Source: an uncultured Planctomycetia bacterium
Lineage (GTDB): Bacteria > Omnitrophota > Gorgyraeia > 2-02-FULL-51-18
DNA length: 44,007 nucleotides
Direction of reading: 5' to 3'
NCBI GenBank assembly: GCA_964543965.1
Contig: CAZJAX010000001.1
Location: 1-44,007, forward strand
Positions 1-8,325 of the stretch are shown here, one piece after another. Position numbers and translations under genes: made by a program. Position 1 is the first letter of the stretch. Every line of letters starts with the position of its first letter. The notes beneath the pieces are model-generated. The model made no database searches, was not told the origin of the DNA, and saw only the letters and a program-made list of their open reading frames with translations.

Positions 1-582
<582 letters not shown>

Positions 583-592
583 GGGATATCCG

Positions 593-853
593 ATGAGTCT
601 AGCCTTTGATCTCAAGGTCGTGACGCCCGACGGCGTGGCCTTTCAAGGCCAGACGATTTCCGTTGTCGCGCCAGGGACTTTGGGGTATCTTGGAATCCTC
701 AAGAACCACGCCCCGCTGGTCACCTCGCTGGAAAAGGGCAACCTGACCTACAAAGACGAGGCCGGCGCTGTCCGTACGATGAAGATCGAAGGCGGCTTCC
801 TGGAAGTGCAGAAGAACCGGGTGTTGGTCTTAACAGATAAAGTAAGCGTATAA
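593..853 (+). CDS. atpC: F0F1 ATP synthase subunit epsilon, short form (86 aa, beta-sandwich domain only)
   Basis: It lies 10 nt after atpD. GILKNHAPLVTSL and GGFLEVQKNRVLVL match the epsilon N-terminal domain. There is no C-terminal helical hairpin. Confidence 0.8.
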   Translation: MSLAFDLKVVTPDGVAFQGQTISVVAPGTLGYLGILKNHAPLVTSLEKGNLTYKDEAGAVRTMKIEGGFLEVQKNRVLVLTDKVSV

Positions 854-877
854 AAGTTTTGCGGTCATAGCTTAGCT
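853..877 (+). repeat. Direct repeat copy A: 8 nt of flank plus tRNA-Asp nt 1-17 (orphan tRNA 5' fragment)
   Basis: 25/25 identical to 1173-1197. The two sequences diverge immediately afterwards (TCC versus GGC). Confidence 0.9.
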
Positions 878-881
878 TCCG

Positions 882-900
882 CCTGCCGCGCGGCGGCAGG
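882..900 (+). repeat. GC-rich hairpin CCTGCCGC-GCG-GCGGCAGG at the left border of the cassette
   Basis: Perfect 8-bp stem with a 3-nt loop. It shares the core CCTGCCG/CGGCAGG with the palindrome at 43429-43442. A second hairpin, CCTCATC-GAA-GATGAGG, lies at 911-927. Confidence 0.7.
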
Positions 901-944
901 ACGGACCCGTCCTCATCGAAGATGAGGCGGGGGCTGAAGAGATT

Positions 945-1190
945 ATGTATTACGTGTATGTTTTAATTAGCAAGAAAAACGGTAAAAGATATACTGGTTA
1001 CACGACAAAATTACCGGAGCAAAGGCTTAAGGAACATAATCAAGGCCTGAATACTTGGACTAGTCAGAACGGTCCATTTAAACTTTTGTATAGTGAGAGT
1101 TATTCTTCCGGACACGCGGCGCGAAAGAGAGAAGTTTACATGAAATCCGCCGCTGGAAGAAGATTTCTTGATAAAGTTTTGCGGTCATAG
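945..1190 (+). CDS. Small stand-alone GIY-YIG (URI-domain) nuclease family protein, 81 aa
   Basis: MYYVYVLISKKNGKRYTGYT...RLKEHNQG contains the GIY-(10 aa)-YTG motif and a conserved downstream R..EHN. Low GC. The stop codon TAG lies inside tRNA-Asp (nt 8-10 of the tRNA). Confidence 0.8.
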   Translation: MYYVYVLISKKNGKRYTGYTTKLPEQRLKEHNQGLNTWTSQNGPFKLLYSESYSSGHAARKREVYMKSAAGRRFLDKVLRS

Positions 1191-1197
1191 CTTAGCT
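1173..1197 (+). repeat. Direct repeat copy B (flank plus 5' end of the intact tRNA-Asp)
   Basis: 25/25 identical to 853-877. Confidence 0.9.
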
Positions 1198-1258
1198 GGC
1201 TTAAAGCGCCGCCCTGTCACGGCGGAGATCGAGGGTTCGAATCCCTTTGACCGCGCCA
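1181..1258 (+). tRNA. tRNA-Asp (anticodon GTC)
   Basis: The cloverleaf can be read by eye. Acceptor stem GCGGTCA/TGACCGC, anticodon arm CCGCC-CTGTCAC-GGCGG, T loop TTCGAAT, and an encoded CCA. Confidence 0.9.
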
Positions 1259-1380
1259 TTTTTTTCGATTAGAAGGTCATCTGCTTCGTTGTTCAGTCGT
1301 TCGCTTGTGCGGCGTAGCTCCCGCTACGCCTCCGCTCTCTCTTCTTCACGCCTCGCATATAACCTTCTAATCGAAAAAAA
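1259..1380. repeat. 19-bp perfect inverted repeat (TTTTTTTCGATTAGAAGGT ... ACCTTCTAATCGAAAAAAA) enclosing 84 nt
   Basis: The arms lie at 1259-1277 and 1362-1380. An internal hairpin GGCGTAGC-TCCC-GCTACGCC lies near 1311-1330. The repeat starts at the base after the tRNA-Asp CCA. Confidence 0.85.
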
Positions 1381-1446
1381 TGTGAATATATGAGCAAAGG
1401 GATTTAAATATATAAAAGGAGCACTCATGTCATCCGGTAAAGAAAA

Positions 1447-1830
1447 GTGGGTCGGTCTGGACTACTCTGGCTTCGCCTCATCGCAGGAGCCGGCATCGCT
1501 TATCACGGCTACGGAAAAGTTTTCGGCGGTCATATGGGCATGCTGACCGAAGGCGTGACGAAGATGGGTTTTCCGATGCCCGTCGTGTTCGCTTGGGCGG
1601 CTGCGCTTTCAGAGTTTGCCGGAGGCATCCTCTTGGCGCTGGGTTTGCTCGCGCGTCCCGCGGCATTTTTTATTTTCTGTACGATGACCGTAGCGGCATT
1701 CGTCGTCCATGGAAAGGATCCGCTCAATGTGAAAGAACTCGCGTTTGCTTATTGGGCGGTCGCAGGGGCCCTGATGCTGACGGGTCCCGGAGACTTGAGC
1801 CTCGACAAGCTTTTTTTCAAGAAAGGATGA
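1447..1830 (+). CDS. DoxX family membrane protein
   Basis: 127 aa with about four hydrophobic helices. LRLIAGAGIAYHGYGKVFGG is a typical DoxX N-terminus. GTG start. The TGA stop overlaps the next gene's ATG (ATGA). Confidence 0.7.
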   Translation: MGRSGLLWLRLIAGAGIAYHGYGKVFGGHMGMLTEGVTKMGFPMPVVFAWAAALSEFAGGILLALGLLARPAAFFIFCTMTVAAFVVHGKDPLNVKELAFAYWAVAGALMLTGPGDLSLDKLFFKKG

Positions 1831-2486
1831 ACATGAAAAGATCGATCCTGGTTCTTGTTTCATTCCTGATGATCATGGCTGCGATACAGCCCTCAGCTCA
1901 GGCGGCTTCCACGGAAGGCAAGAAGGGTCTGATGACTCTTGGAACGCCGGCGCCGGATTTCAGCTTGCCTGATGTCGTCACGGGAAAAAACGTTTCTTTA
2001 TCCGATTATGCGGGAAAGAAAGCTCTGGTCGTGATATTCCTCTGCCGTCACTGCCCATTTGTCGTGCATGATAAGGCAGGCATCATCCAGATGGCCAACG
2101 ACTACGCCGGCAAGGATTTCGCGATGGTCGGGATCAGCGCTAACGACGCGTCCAAGTATCCTGCCGATGCGCCTTCATCTTTGAGGGAGATGGCCATACA
2201 GGACAACTTCCCGATGCCAATCCTCTACGACGAGACTCAGGAGACTGCCAAGGCTTACACGGCCGTGACGACGCCTGACGTGTTCGTATTCGACCAGGAC
2301 CGCAAGCTCGCCTACCGCGGCCAGTTCGACGACGCCCGGCCGGGCAATGACATCCCTGTCACCGGCAATGACGCCCGTGCGGCCGTTGATGCCGTCCTTG
2401 CCGGCAAGCCTGCCGCCGAGCGCCAGAAGCCCTCCATTGGGTGCGGGATCAAGTGGAAAGAAGGCAGCGAGCCGGCTTACCTATAA
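1827..2486 (+). CDS. Secreted thioredoxin-fold protein (AhpC/TSA-TlpA-like, CxxC)
   Basis: Signal peptide MNMKRSILVLVSFLMIMAAIQPSAQA. FLCRHCPFV is the CxxC motif. The C-terminal QKPSIGCGIKW is typical of this thioredoxin family. The start is set at the internal ATG at 1827, because the upstream part of ORF 1593.. overlaps DoxX. Confidence 0.8.
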   Translation: MNMKRSILVLVSFLMIMAAIQPSAQAASTEGKKGLMTLGTPAPDFSLPDVVTGKNVSLSDYAGKKALVVIFLCRHCPFVVHDKAGIIQMANDYAGKDFAMVGISANDASKYPADAPSSLREMAIQDNFPMPILYDETQETAKAYTAVTTPDVFVFDQDRKLAYRGQFDDARPGNDIPVTGNDARAAVDAVLAGKPAAERQKPSIGCGIKWKEGSEPAYL

Positions 2487-2505
2487 ATAGACGTCTGAGT
2501 TTTAA

Positions 2506-2540
2506 AACCCTTCGCTGAAATCCGCGAAGGGTTTTTTGTT
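2506..2540 (+). terminator. Rho-independent terminator
   Basis: The 10-bp stem AACCCTTCGC/GCGAAGGGTT has an 8-nt loop and is followed by a T-rich run (TTTTGTTTTT). Confidence 0.8.
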
Positions 2541-2677
2541 TTTCAGTCCCATCTAGATTTACTGTTTGATTAACAATAATGGAAAAAATTCACCAAAAAC
2601 GCATATTTCACTCACCATTTCTTTAATCTAAAAAAATAGAATATCTCCGACAACTGAGAAAAAACGGAGAATAAAGC

Positions 2678-4147
2678 GTGAAAAGATACACCAGCTTCTT
2701 GATAGTTCTGACGTTTCTTACTGGAATTTCCCCTTCCGCGTTTGCGGATTCCAATGGTGATATGATGGCTATGCTTGAAAGCATGAAACAGCAAATGGTT
2801 AAAATGCAGGCGACCATCGAACAGCAAAACATTCGCATTCAGCAGCTTGAATCCACGCGCATCGCCGAGCCGCAGCGCATTGCTTCCGCCGATCCTCAGT
2901 TGCAGCCCAAGCTTACAAAGGAGGATTGGCAAAAAGGCGTCAAAGAGAGCCTCGGAGAATCTGTTCCCTGGATCAAGGGCTTGAAGTTTGGCGGCGATGT
3001 ACGCTTACGTTACGAGGCATTTGATTTTGAGGACAACAATTCCGAAGAGAATGTTTCATCGGATCGTTCAAGGAACCGTTTCCGCGTGCGCCTACGCTTC
3101 GGATTCGAAAAGGATTACGGCGACGATTGGAAAGTCGGCTTCAGGCTGGCGAGCGCCACGTCGACGAGCGGACAGGCTTTGGAGAACATATCGACTAATG
3201 TGACCTTTGGTAACCCAGGCCATTTTACCTTTAAAAATATCTTCATTGACCGAGTCTATGCGCAGTACGCTCCTACAGCTTTGAAGGATCAGGGTCCTCT
3301 CAAAAGCGTGATTGTGGGTGCCGGCAAATTCGAAAATCCATTTTTTCGCTACTCAACGGGAATCATGTGGGATTCGGACGTGACGCCGGAAGGTATTTAC
3401 GAGAAGGCGGATTTTCAGCTACTCGGCGATGAAGACAACCGGGTTAATTTTTACAGTACTCTAGGTCAATTTATCACCAACGAAAATTCGGGCGTGGATA
3501 CCGACGCGGGTCTATACGGGTATCAAGGGGCGCTGAATTGGTCCACAAAAAATTTTGGAACCAAGGATCCCGTGGATTTCACAGCGGCAGTCTCATTTTA
3601 CGATGTGACCGATTGGTCTAACACGGTTGCCTCCAACACTGCCGGCACCAGCTTTCTTCGCACGAATACGCTAGCGGCTGACAATTTCCGGATTCTTGAC
3701 GTTTATCCGGAAATCCAATTTCACGCGCTTGGGAAACAGGTCACACTCTGGTATAACTACCTAAAAAATTTGGGCAATGTCGGCACCGAAAATGCCGCCC
3801 TCAGCCTTGGAAACGATATTCATGACGCAGACGAAGCGTGGGGCGCCGGATTTAAGCTAGGCAAGGCCAAGAAGAAGGGTGACTGGGAAGCCGTTTACGG
3901 CTATTACGAGATCGGCGCCAATTCGGCCGTAGCTGCGTATAATGACGCCGACTTCGGAGGTCCCGGAGGAGTGGGTTTCACAAACCGTCAGGGCCACAAG
4001 TTCGGCCTCGGTTACATGGTGACAGATGCGGTGATGGTCAATTGGACAGGTTTTGTGGTGACACCGCTTAACCCGAATGCATCTGTTGCCAATAGCCAGA
4101 ACGAGACCGTATTTCGTTCACAGGCCGACGTTAATTATAAATTTTAA
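2678..4147 (+). CDS. Outer-membrane beta-barrel porin; possibly phosphate-selective, judged from operon context
   Basis: Signal peptide ending SAFA. An N-terminal coiled-coil segment is followed by alternating beta-strand-like sequence. The C-terminus VNYKF ends in an aromatic residue. It lies 26 nt upstream of pstS. GTG start with GGAG 11 nt upstream. Confidence 0.6.
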   Translation: MKRYTSFLIVLTFLTGISPSAFADSNGDMMAMLESMKQQMVKMQATIEQQNIRIQQLESTRIAEPQRIASADPQLQPKLTKEDWQKGVKESLGESVPWIKGLKFGGDVRLRYEAFDFEDNNSEENVSSDRSRNRFRVRLRFGFEKDYGDDWKVGFRLASATSTSGQALENISTNVTFGNPGHFTFKNIFIDRVYAQYAPTALKDQGPLKSVIVGAGKFENPFFRYSTGIMWDSDVTPEGIYEKADFQLLGDEDNRVNFYSTLGQFITNENSGVDTDAGLYGYQGALNWSTKNFGTKDPVDFTAAVSFYDVTDWSNTVASNTAGTSFLRTNTLAADNFRILDVYPEIQFHALGKQVTLWYNYLKNLGNVGTENAALSLGNDIHDADEAWGAGFKLGKAKKKGDWEAVYGYYEIGANSAVAAYNDADFGGPGGVGFTNRQGHKFGLGYMVTDAVMVNWTGFVVTPLNPNASVANSQNETVFRSQADVNYKF

Positions 4148-4173
4148 AACGAATTTAAACCAAGGAGAACTTC

Positions 4174-5037
4174 ATGTTAAAAAAGTACATTTCAGCTATA
4201 GCCGCCGCGGCCTTCATTTTTTCTCTGAACGGAGGAACGGCTGAGGCGAAGGGGCAAAACTCGATACAGATCAAAGGCTCGGATACGATGGTGAATCTCG
4301 TCCAGGGATGGGCCGAGGAATTCATGAAAAAGAATCCCAACGCGTTTTTCGCGGTCACCGGCGGAGGCTCAGGCACGGGCCTGGCCGCAATGATCAACGG
4401 CACCTGCGACATCGCCGTATCCTCGCGCGAAATCAGCAAGAAGGAAATCGCGCTGGCCAACAAGCGCGGGGTAGAGCCGAAGGAATACAAAGTCGCGCTG
4501 GATGGTCTGGCTGTAGTCGTGAATGTCGGCAACCCGGTCTCGACTCTTTCAATGGATCAGCTGGCGGACATCTTCAGCGGAAAGATAAAGAATTGGAATG
4601 AAGTCGGAGGTCCGGATAAAAAGATCGTGGTGCTTTCGCGCGAGGTCAATTCGGGCACGCATGTCTATTTCAAAGAACACGTGCTCCGCAAAGGCGACCC
4701 GAAATCCAGGGAAGAGTTTTCACCTGAGGCGCTCATGCTTTCTTCAAGCCAGGCCATCGCGGATGAAGTGAAGCATAACGCAAGCGCCATCGGGTACTAC
4801 GGCATGGGCTACATCGGCAAGGATCATAAACCGATCGCCGTATCCGTCGCAGGCGCCGAGGCGGCCGAGCCTACGATTGACAATGTCGTAAAGAATATCT
4901 ATCCGATCTCGAGACCGCTGTTCATTTATATCAACGGGGAACCAAAGGACTTCGTAAAGGATTTCATGAACTACATTCTTTCACCTGAAGGCCAGTCGAT
5001 CGTGGAAAAAATGGATTTTGTGCCTGTTCAGCGGTAA
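4174..5037 (+). CDS. pstS: Phosphate ABC transporter substrate-binding protein
   Basis: Signal peptide. IKGSDTMVNL, TGGGSGTG and SSREI motifs of PstS family PBPs. AGGAG ribosome-binding site. Confidence 0.9.
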   Translation: MLKKYISAIAAAAFIFSLNGGTAEAKGQNSIQIKGSDTMVNLVQGWAEEFMKKNPNAFFAVTGGGSGTGLAAMINGTCDIAVSSREISKKEIALANKRGVEPKEYKVALDGLAVVVNVGNPVSTLSMDQLADIFSGKIKNWNEVGGPDKKIVVLSREVNSGTHVYFKEHVLRKGDPKSREEFSPEALMLSSSQAIADEVKHNASAIGYYGMGYIGKDHKPIAVSVAGAEAAEPTIDNVVKNIYPISRPLFIYINGEPKDFVKDFMNYILSPEGQSIVEKMDFVPVQR

Positions 5038-5055
5038 GATAACCGCACTTAAGCG

Positions 5056-5931
5056 ATGAGTCTCTATAAGAAAATCCAGGAATTTTCGTTCGAAAGCGCG
5101 ATAAAAATCAGCGGCGTCGCCTCTATTTTTATCGTCGCGCTGATTTTTTTCTTCCTTCTGAAGGAAGGAATTCAGCTTTTTATGACGGAAAATCTCCTGA
5201 CTTTTCTTTCCGGACGCAGCTGGTACCCGATTTCAGATCCTCCGGAATTCGGCATCCTTCCTCTGATCCTGGGAACGCTTTTGGTGACACTGGGGGCGGC
5301 GCTCATTGCCATCCCCCTCGGCATCGCCGCAGCGGTTTACATCGCGGAGGTCGCCCCGGGAAGAACGAAGGAGATCCTAAAGTCCGGCATCGAGCTTCTG
5401 GCTGCGATCCCGAGCGTCGTTCTCGGCTTCATCGGAATGGTTACCATCGTCCCCTGGACGAAAGCGCTTTTTCACACGCCGACGGGGCTTACCGCATTTT
5501 CCGGGTCCGTGATCCTCGCGTTTATGGCGATGCCCACCATCGTCTCAATCGCAGAGGATGCGCTCCACAATGTACCCAAATCCTACAAGGAAGGCGCTTA
5601 CGCCCTCGGCGCCACTCAGTGGCAGACGATCTACCGCGTTATCCTTCCGTCAGCTTCATCTGGCATCGTGGCTGCCGTGATGCTGGGCATCGGCCGCGTG
5701 GTAGGAGAAACGATGGCTGTGATGATGGTAACCGGAAATTCTCCTTCGATGCCCAGCAGCTTTCTTTCGCCGGTGCGTACACTGACCGCAACAGTAGCTG
5801 CTGAAATGGGGGAGACCGTGCAGGGCAGCGACCACTATTTTGCTCTTTTCGCGATCGGCATCGTTCTATTTTTGATCACGATGCTCATCAATTTGAGTGC
5901 TGACCTCTTTCTTCATCGGGAGCGGCGCTAA
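5056..5931 (+). CDS. pstC: Phosphate ABC transporter permease
   Basis: Six-TM permease. The EAA-like loop AEDALHNVPKSYKEGAYALGATQWQT is present. Position in the pst operon. Confidence 0.9.
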   Translation: MSLYKKIQEFSFESAIKISGVASIFIVALIFFFLLKEGIQLFMTENLLTFLSGRSWYPISDPPEFGILPLILGTLLVTLGAALIAIPLGIAAAVYIAEVAPGRTKEILKSGIELLAAIPSVVLGFIGMVTIVPWTKALFHTPTGLTAFSGSVILAFMAMPTIVSIAEDALHNVPKSYKEGAYALGATQWQTIYRVILPSASSGIVAAVMLGIGRVVGETMAVMMVTGNSPSMPSSFLSPVRTLTATVAAEMGETVQGSDHYFALFAIGIVLFLITMLINLSADLFLHRERR

Positions 5932-6776
5932 TGTCTCCCAAGCTCACGCAGAAAATCGCATTTTGCGTTCTTTTCCTGGCGACGCTGCTTGTTATCGTTC
6001 CAGTTTTTTTAGTCCTGGCGGTAATTTTTCGCCATGGAGCCGCCGCGATCTCCTGGGAATTTCTGACAAAGATGCCGACTCAAGGCATGCGTGCGGGCGG
6101 AATTCTTCCCGCAATTGTCGGCACGTTTTACCTCGTTGCGGGAGCTGTGATCTTTGCGCTGCCGCTGGGTCTTTTTGCCGCGATTTATCTAAGCGAGTAT
6201 TCCAAGGATACGCTGATGAATCGTATCGTGCGTCTGGCGATCATCAATCTGGCGGGAGTGCCTTCGGTTGTGTTTGGTCTCTTCGGTTTGGCGCTCTTCG
6301 TCGGTTTTTTTCATTTCGGCGCCTCAATTTTGGCAGGCTCATTGACGCTGGGTGTGATGATTTTGCCGGTCATCATAACCTCGTCTCGGGAGGCATTCGA
6401 CTCTGTACCGAGATCGTTTCGCGATGTGAGCGAGTCACTCGGAGCTACGAAGCTCCAAACCATCGCGCATGCTGTGATGCCGCACGCCATTCCCGGTATT
6501 TTGACTGGAACCATCCTCGGTATCGGCAGGGCTGCCGGAGAAACTGCCCCGATCCTTTTTACCGTCGCTGCGTTTTATCTTCCGAGATTGCCCCAGGGTA
6601 TTTTCGACCAGGCGATGGCGCTTCCGTACCATCTCTATGTGCTCTCCACCCAAGTTCCGAACGTCGACATTAAAATCCGCTACGGCACTGCTCTCGTGCT
6701 TCTAGTCATTGTGCTTTTAATGAATCTGATCGCGATCACAATCCGTTCTCATTACAGGGCTAAAAAGAAATGGTAA
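5931..6776 (+). CDS. pstA: Phosphate ABC transporter permease
   Basis: The start overlaps the pstC stop (TAATG). SREAFDSVPRSFRDVSESLGATKLQT loop. GETAPILFT is typical of PstA. Confidence 0.9.
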   Translation: MSPKLTQKIAFCVLFLATLLVIVPVFLVLAVIFRHGAAAISWEFLTKMPTQGMRAGGILPAIVGTFYLVAGAVIFALPLGLFAAIYLSEYSKDTLMNRIVRLAIINLAGVPSVVFGLFGLALFVGFFHFGASILAGSLTLGVMILPVIITSSREAFDSVPRSFRDVSESLGATKLQTIAHAVMPHAIPGILTGTILGIGRAAGETAPILFTVAAFYLPRLPQGIFDQAMALPYHLYVLSTQVPNVDIKIRYGTALVLLVIVLLMNLIAITIRSHYRAKKKW

Positions 6777-7534
6777 ACAATCTTATTTTTAAGATACGCA
6801 CCAGCGACCTCACGGTCGATTACGGTGCTATTCGAGTGCTTAAGAATGTGACGCTCGACATCGAAGCCAACAGTATCTTAAGCATCATCGGTCCCGCAAA
6901 TTCAGGCAAAACCTCGTTTCTAAAATCGATGAACCGGCTCCTGGATTCGGTGCCGAACGCGAGGATCGGCGGGCAGATACTGCTGGACGGCAAGGATGTG
7001 TACCGTCAATACGACCCGGTGCTTCTGCGCCGCAAGGTCGGTATTATTTTCGCGATGCCGCTTCCTTTGCCGATGACGATATTCGAGAACGTCGTCTATG
7101 GGCCCCGACGCCAGGGCGTCAAAGACCGCTCTGTGCTGGCTCATACCGCCGAAAAAGCGCTGAAAGACGCCTATCTATGGGACGAAGTACAGGACAGGCT
7201 TCAGGAGCCGGCGATGAAGCTTTCCGGAGGGCAGCAGCAGCGTCTCTGCATCGCCCGCACTTTGGCGCTGGCGCCTGATGTCATCCTGTTCGACGAACCT
7301 TGCTCGGCGCTGGATCCTATCTCGACCGCGAAAGTCGAGGAGGCGATGTTTAAGCTCAAAGAGCGCTACACGATCATTCTCGTGACGAACAATACCAAGC
7401 AGGCCGCACGAGTAGGAGATAATACTGCCTTTTTTCTTATGGGCGAGCTCGTCGAATCAGGCAAGACCAGCGATATTTTTACGAAACCCCGCGACCAACG
7501 CACCGACGATTATATTTCTGGGAGGTTCGGCTGA
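6770..7534 (+). CDS. pstB: Phosphate ABC transporter ATP-binding protein, divergent copy (Q-loop and H-loop substituted)
   Basis: Walker A GPANSGKTS, signature LSGGQQQRL and Walker B ILFDEP are present. The Q-loop position reads IIFAMPLP (no Gln) and the H-loop reads ILVTNN (no His). Confidence 0.85.
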   Translation: MVNNLIFKIRTSDLTVDYGAIRVLKNVTLDIEANSILSIIGPANSGKTSFLKSMNRLLDSVPNARIGGQILLDGKDVYRQYDPVLLRRKVGIIFAMPLPLPMTIFENVVYGPRRQGVKDRSVLAHTAEKALKDAYLWDEVQDRLQEPAMKLSGGQQQRLCIARTLALAPDVILFDEPCSALDPISTAKVEEAMFKLKERYTIILVTNNTKQAARVGDNTAFFLMGELVESGKTSDIFTKPRDQRTDDYISGRFG

Positions 7535-8316
7535 TGGAAAATGTCGCAATCGCCAAAGAAGCCATCTCGACGAAGGATCTTGATCTTCATTACGGGCGCT
7601 TTCAGGCGCTTAAAAAGGTAAATTTCTCCGCTGCGCAGAATCAGATCACGTCGATCATCGGACCCTCGGGCTGCGGAAAGTCTACGCTGCTCAGGGTGTT
7701 CAACCGCATGAACGATCTCGTCGAAGGATGCCGCATCAGCGGAGAGGTGCTTTTAGAAGGCGAGAATATCTACGGGCCCGACATGGATCTTCTTCGTCTG
7801 CGTAAAAAGGTCGGCATGGTATTCCAGAGACCGAACCCTTTCCCTCTTTCTGTTTTTGAAAATATCGTTTTCGGTCTGCGCATACATCATCTTTATGACA
7901 AGAAGAACATGGATAAGCTTCGTGAGATCGCCCGGCAGAGCCTGGAGTCAGTGCTTTTGTGGGACGATCTCAAGAATTCGATGAACAAACTCGCGACCAA
8001 CCTCTCCCTTGAGCAGCAGCAGCGCTTATGCATCGCGCGCTTGCTAGTCATCAAACCGGACATTTTGCTGATGGATGAGCCGTGTTCCGCGCTCGACCCG
8101 ATGGCAACGGCACGAATCGAGGAGTTGATGCAGGAGCTCAAGAAAAATTACACCATTATCATCGTCACGCACAACATGCAGCAGGCCGCGCGCGTCTCTG
8201 ACGAGACCGGTTATATGTTCTTGGGAGAGCTGGTGGAATTCGGAAAAACGACAGACGTTTTCACCGCACCCAAATATAGATCTACTGAAGATTACATCAC
8301 CGGACGTCTCGGTTAA
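7534..8316 (+). CDS. pstB: Phosphate ABC transporter ATP-binding protein, canonical copy
   Basis: GPSGCGKST, MVFQRPNPFP, LSLEQQQRL, LLMDEP and IIVTHNMQQAARV. Ends in EDYITGRLG like E. coli PstB. Confidence 0.92.
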   Translation: MENVAIAKEAISTKDLDLHYGRFQALKKVNFSAAQNQITSIIGPSGCGKSTLLRVFNRMNDLVEGCRISGEVLLEGENIYGPDMDLLRLRKKVGMVFQRPNPFPLSVFENIVFGLRIHHLYDKKNMDKLREIARQSLESVLLWDDLKNSMNKLATNLSLEQQQRLCIARLLVIKPDILLMDEPCSALDPMATARIEELMQELKKNYTIIIVTHNMQQAARVSDETGYMFLGELVEFGKTTDVFTAPKYRSTEDYITGRLG

Positions 8317-8325
8317 GGAGGATCC

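Larger units (their letters stand above)
853..1197 (+). mobile_element. Putative tRNA-Asp-associated GIY-YIG cassette: partial tRNA 5' copy, hairpins and a GIY-YIG ORF, bounded by 25-nt direct repeats
   Basis: The 25-mer AAAGTTTTGCGGTCATAGCTTAGCT occurs at 853-877 and 1173-1197. The ORF between them is visibly AT-richer than its surroundings. A second cassette at 43408-43729 has the same architecture. Confidence 0.45.

Noticed and set aside
1593-1826. The N-terminal extension of the thioredoxin-like ORF (track start 1593).
   Set aside because: The extension overlaps the DoxX coding frame and is Arg-rich nonsense. The internal ATG at 1827 gives a textbook signal peptide and an ATGA overlap with the DoxX stop.
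2541-2677. Pho box upstream of the porin-pst operon.
   Set aside because: Only loose TTCAC-type repeats are present (TTCACC...TTCACTCACC, with TCACC spaced 22 nt apart). Nothing matches the CTGTCAT-N4-CTGTCAT consensus well enough to call, and the PhoB specificity of this lineage is unknown.
5897-6673. The 258-aa alternate-frame ORF within pstA, and the similar 4308-4601 in pstS.
   Set aside because: The chosen frames carry pst permease and binding-protein motifs. The alternates are Arg/Cys-rich shadows.
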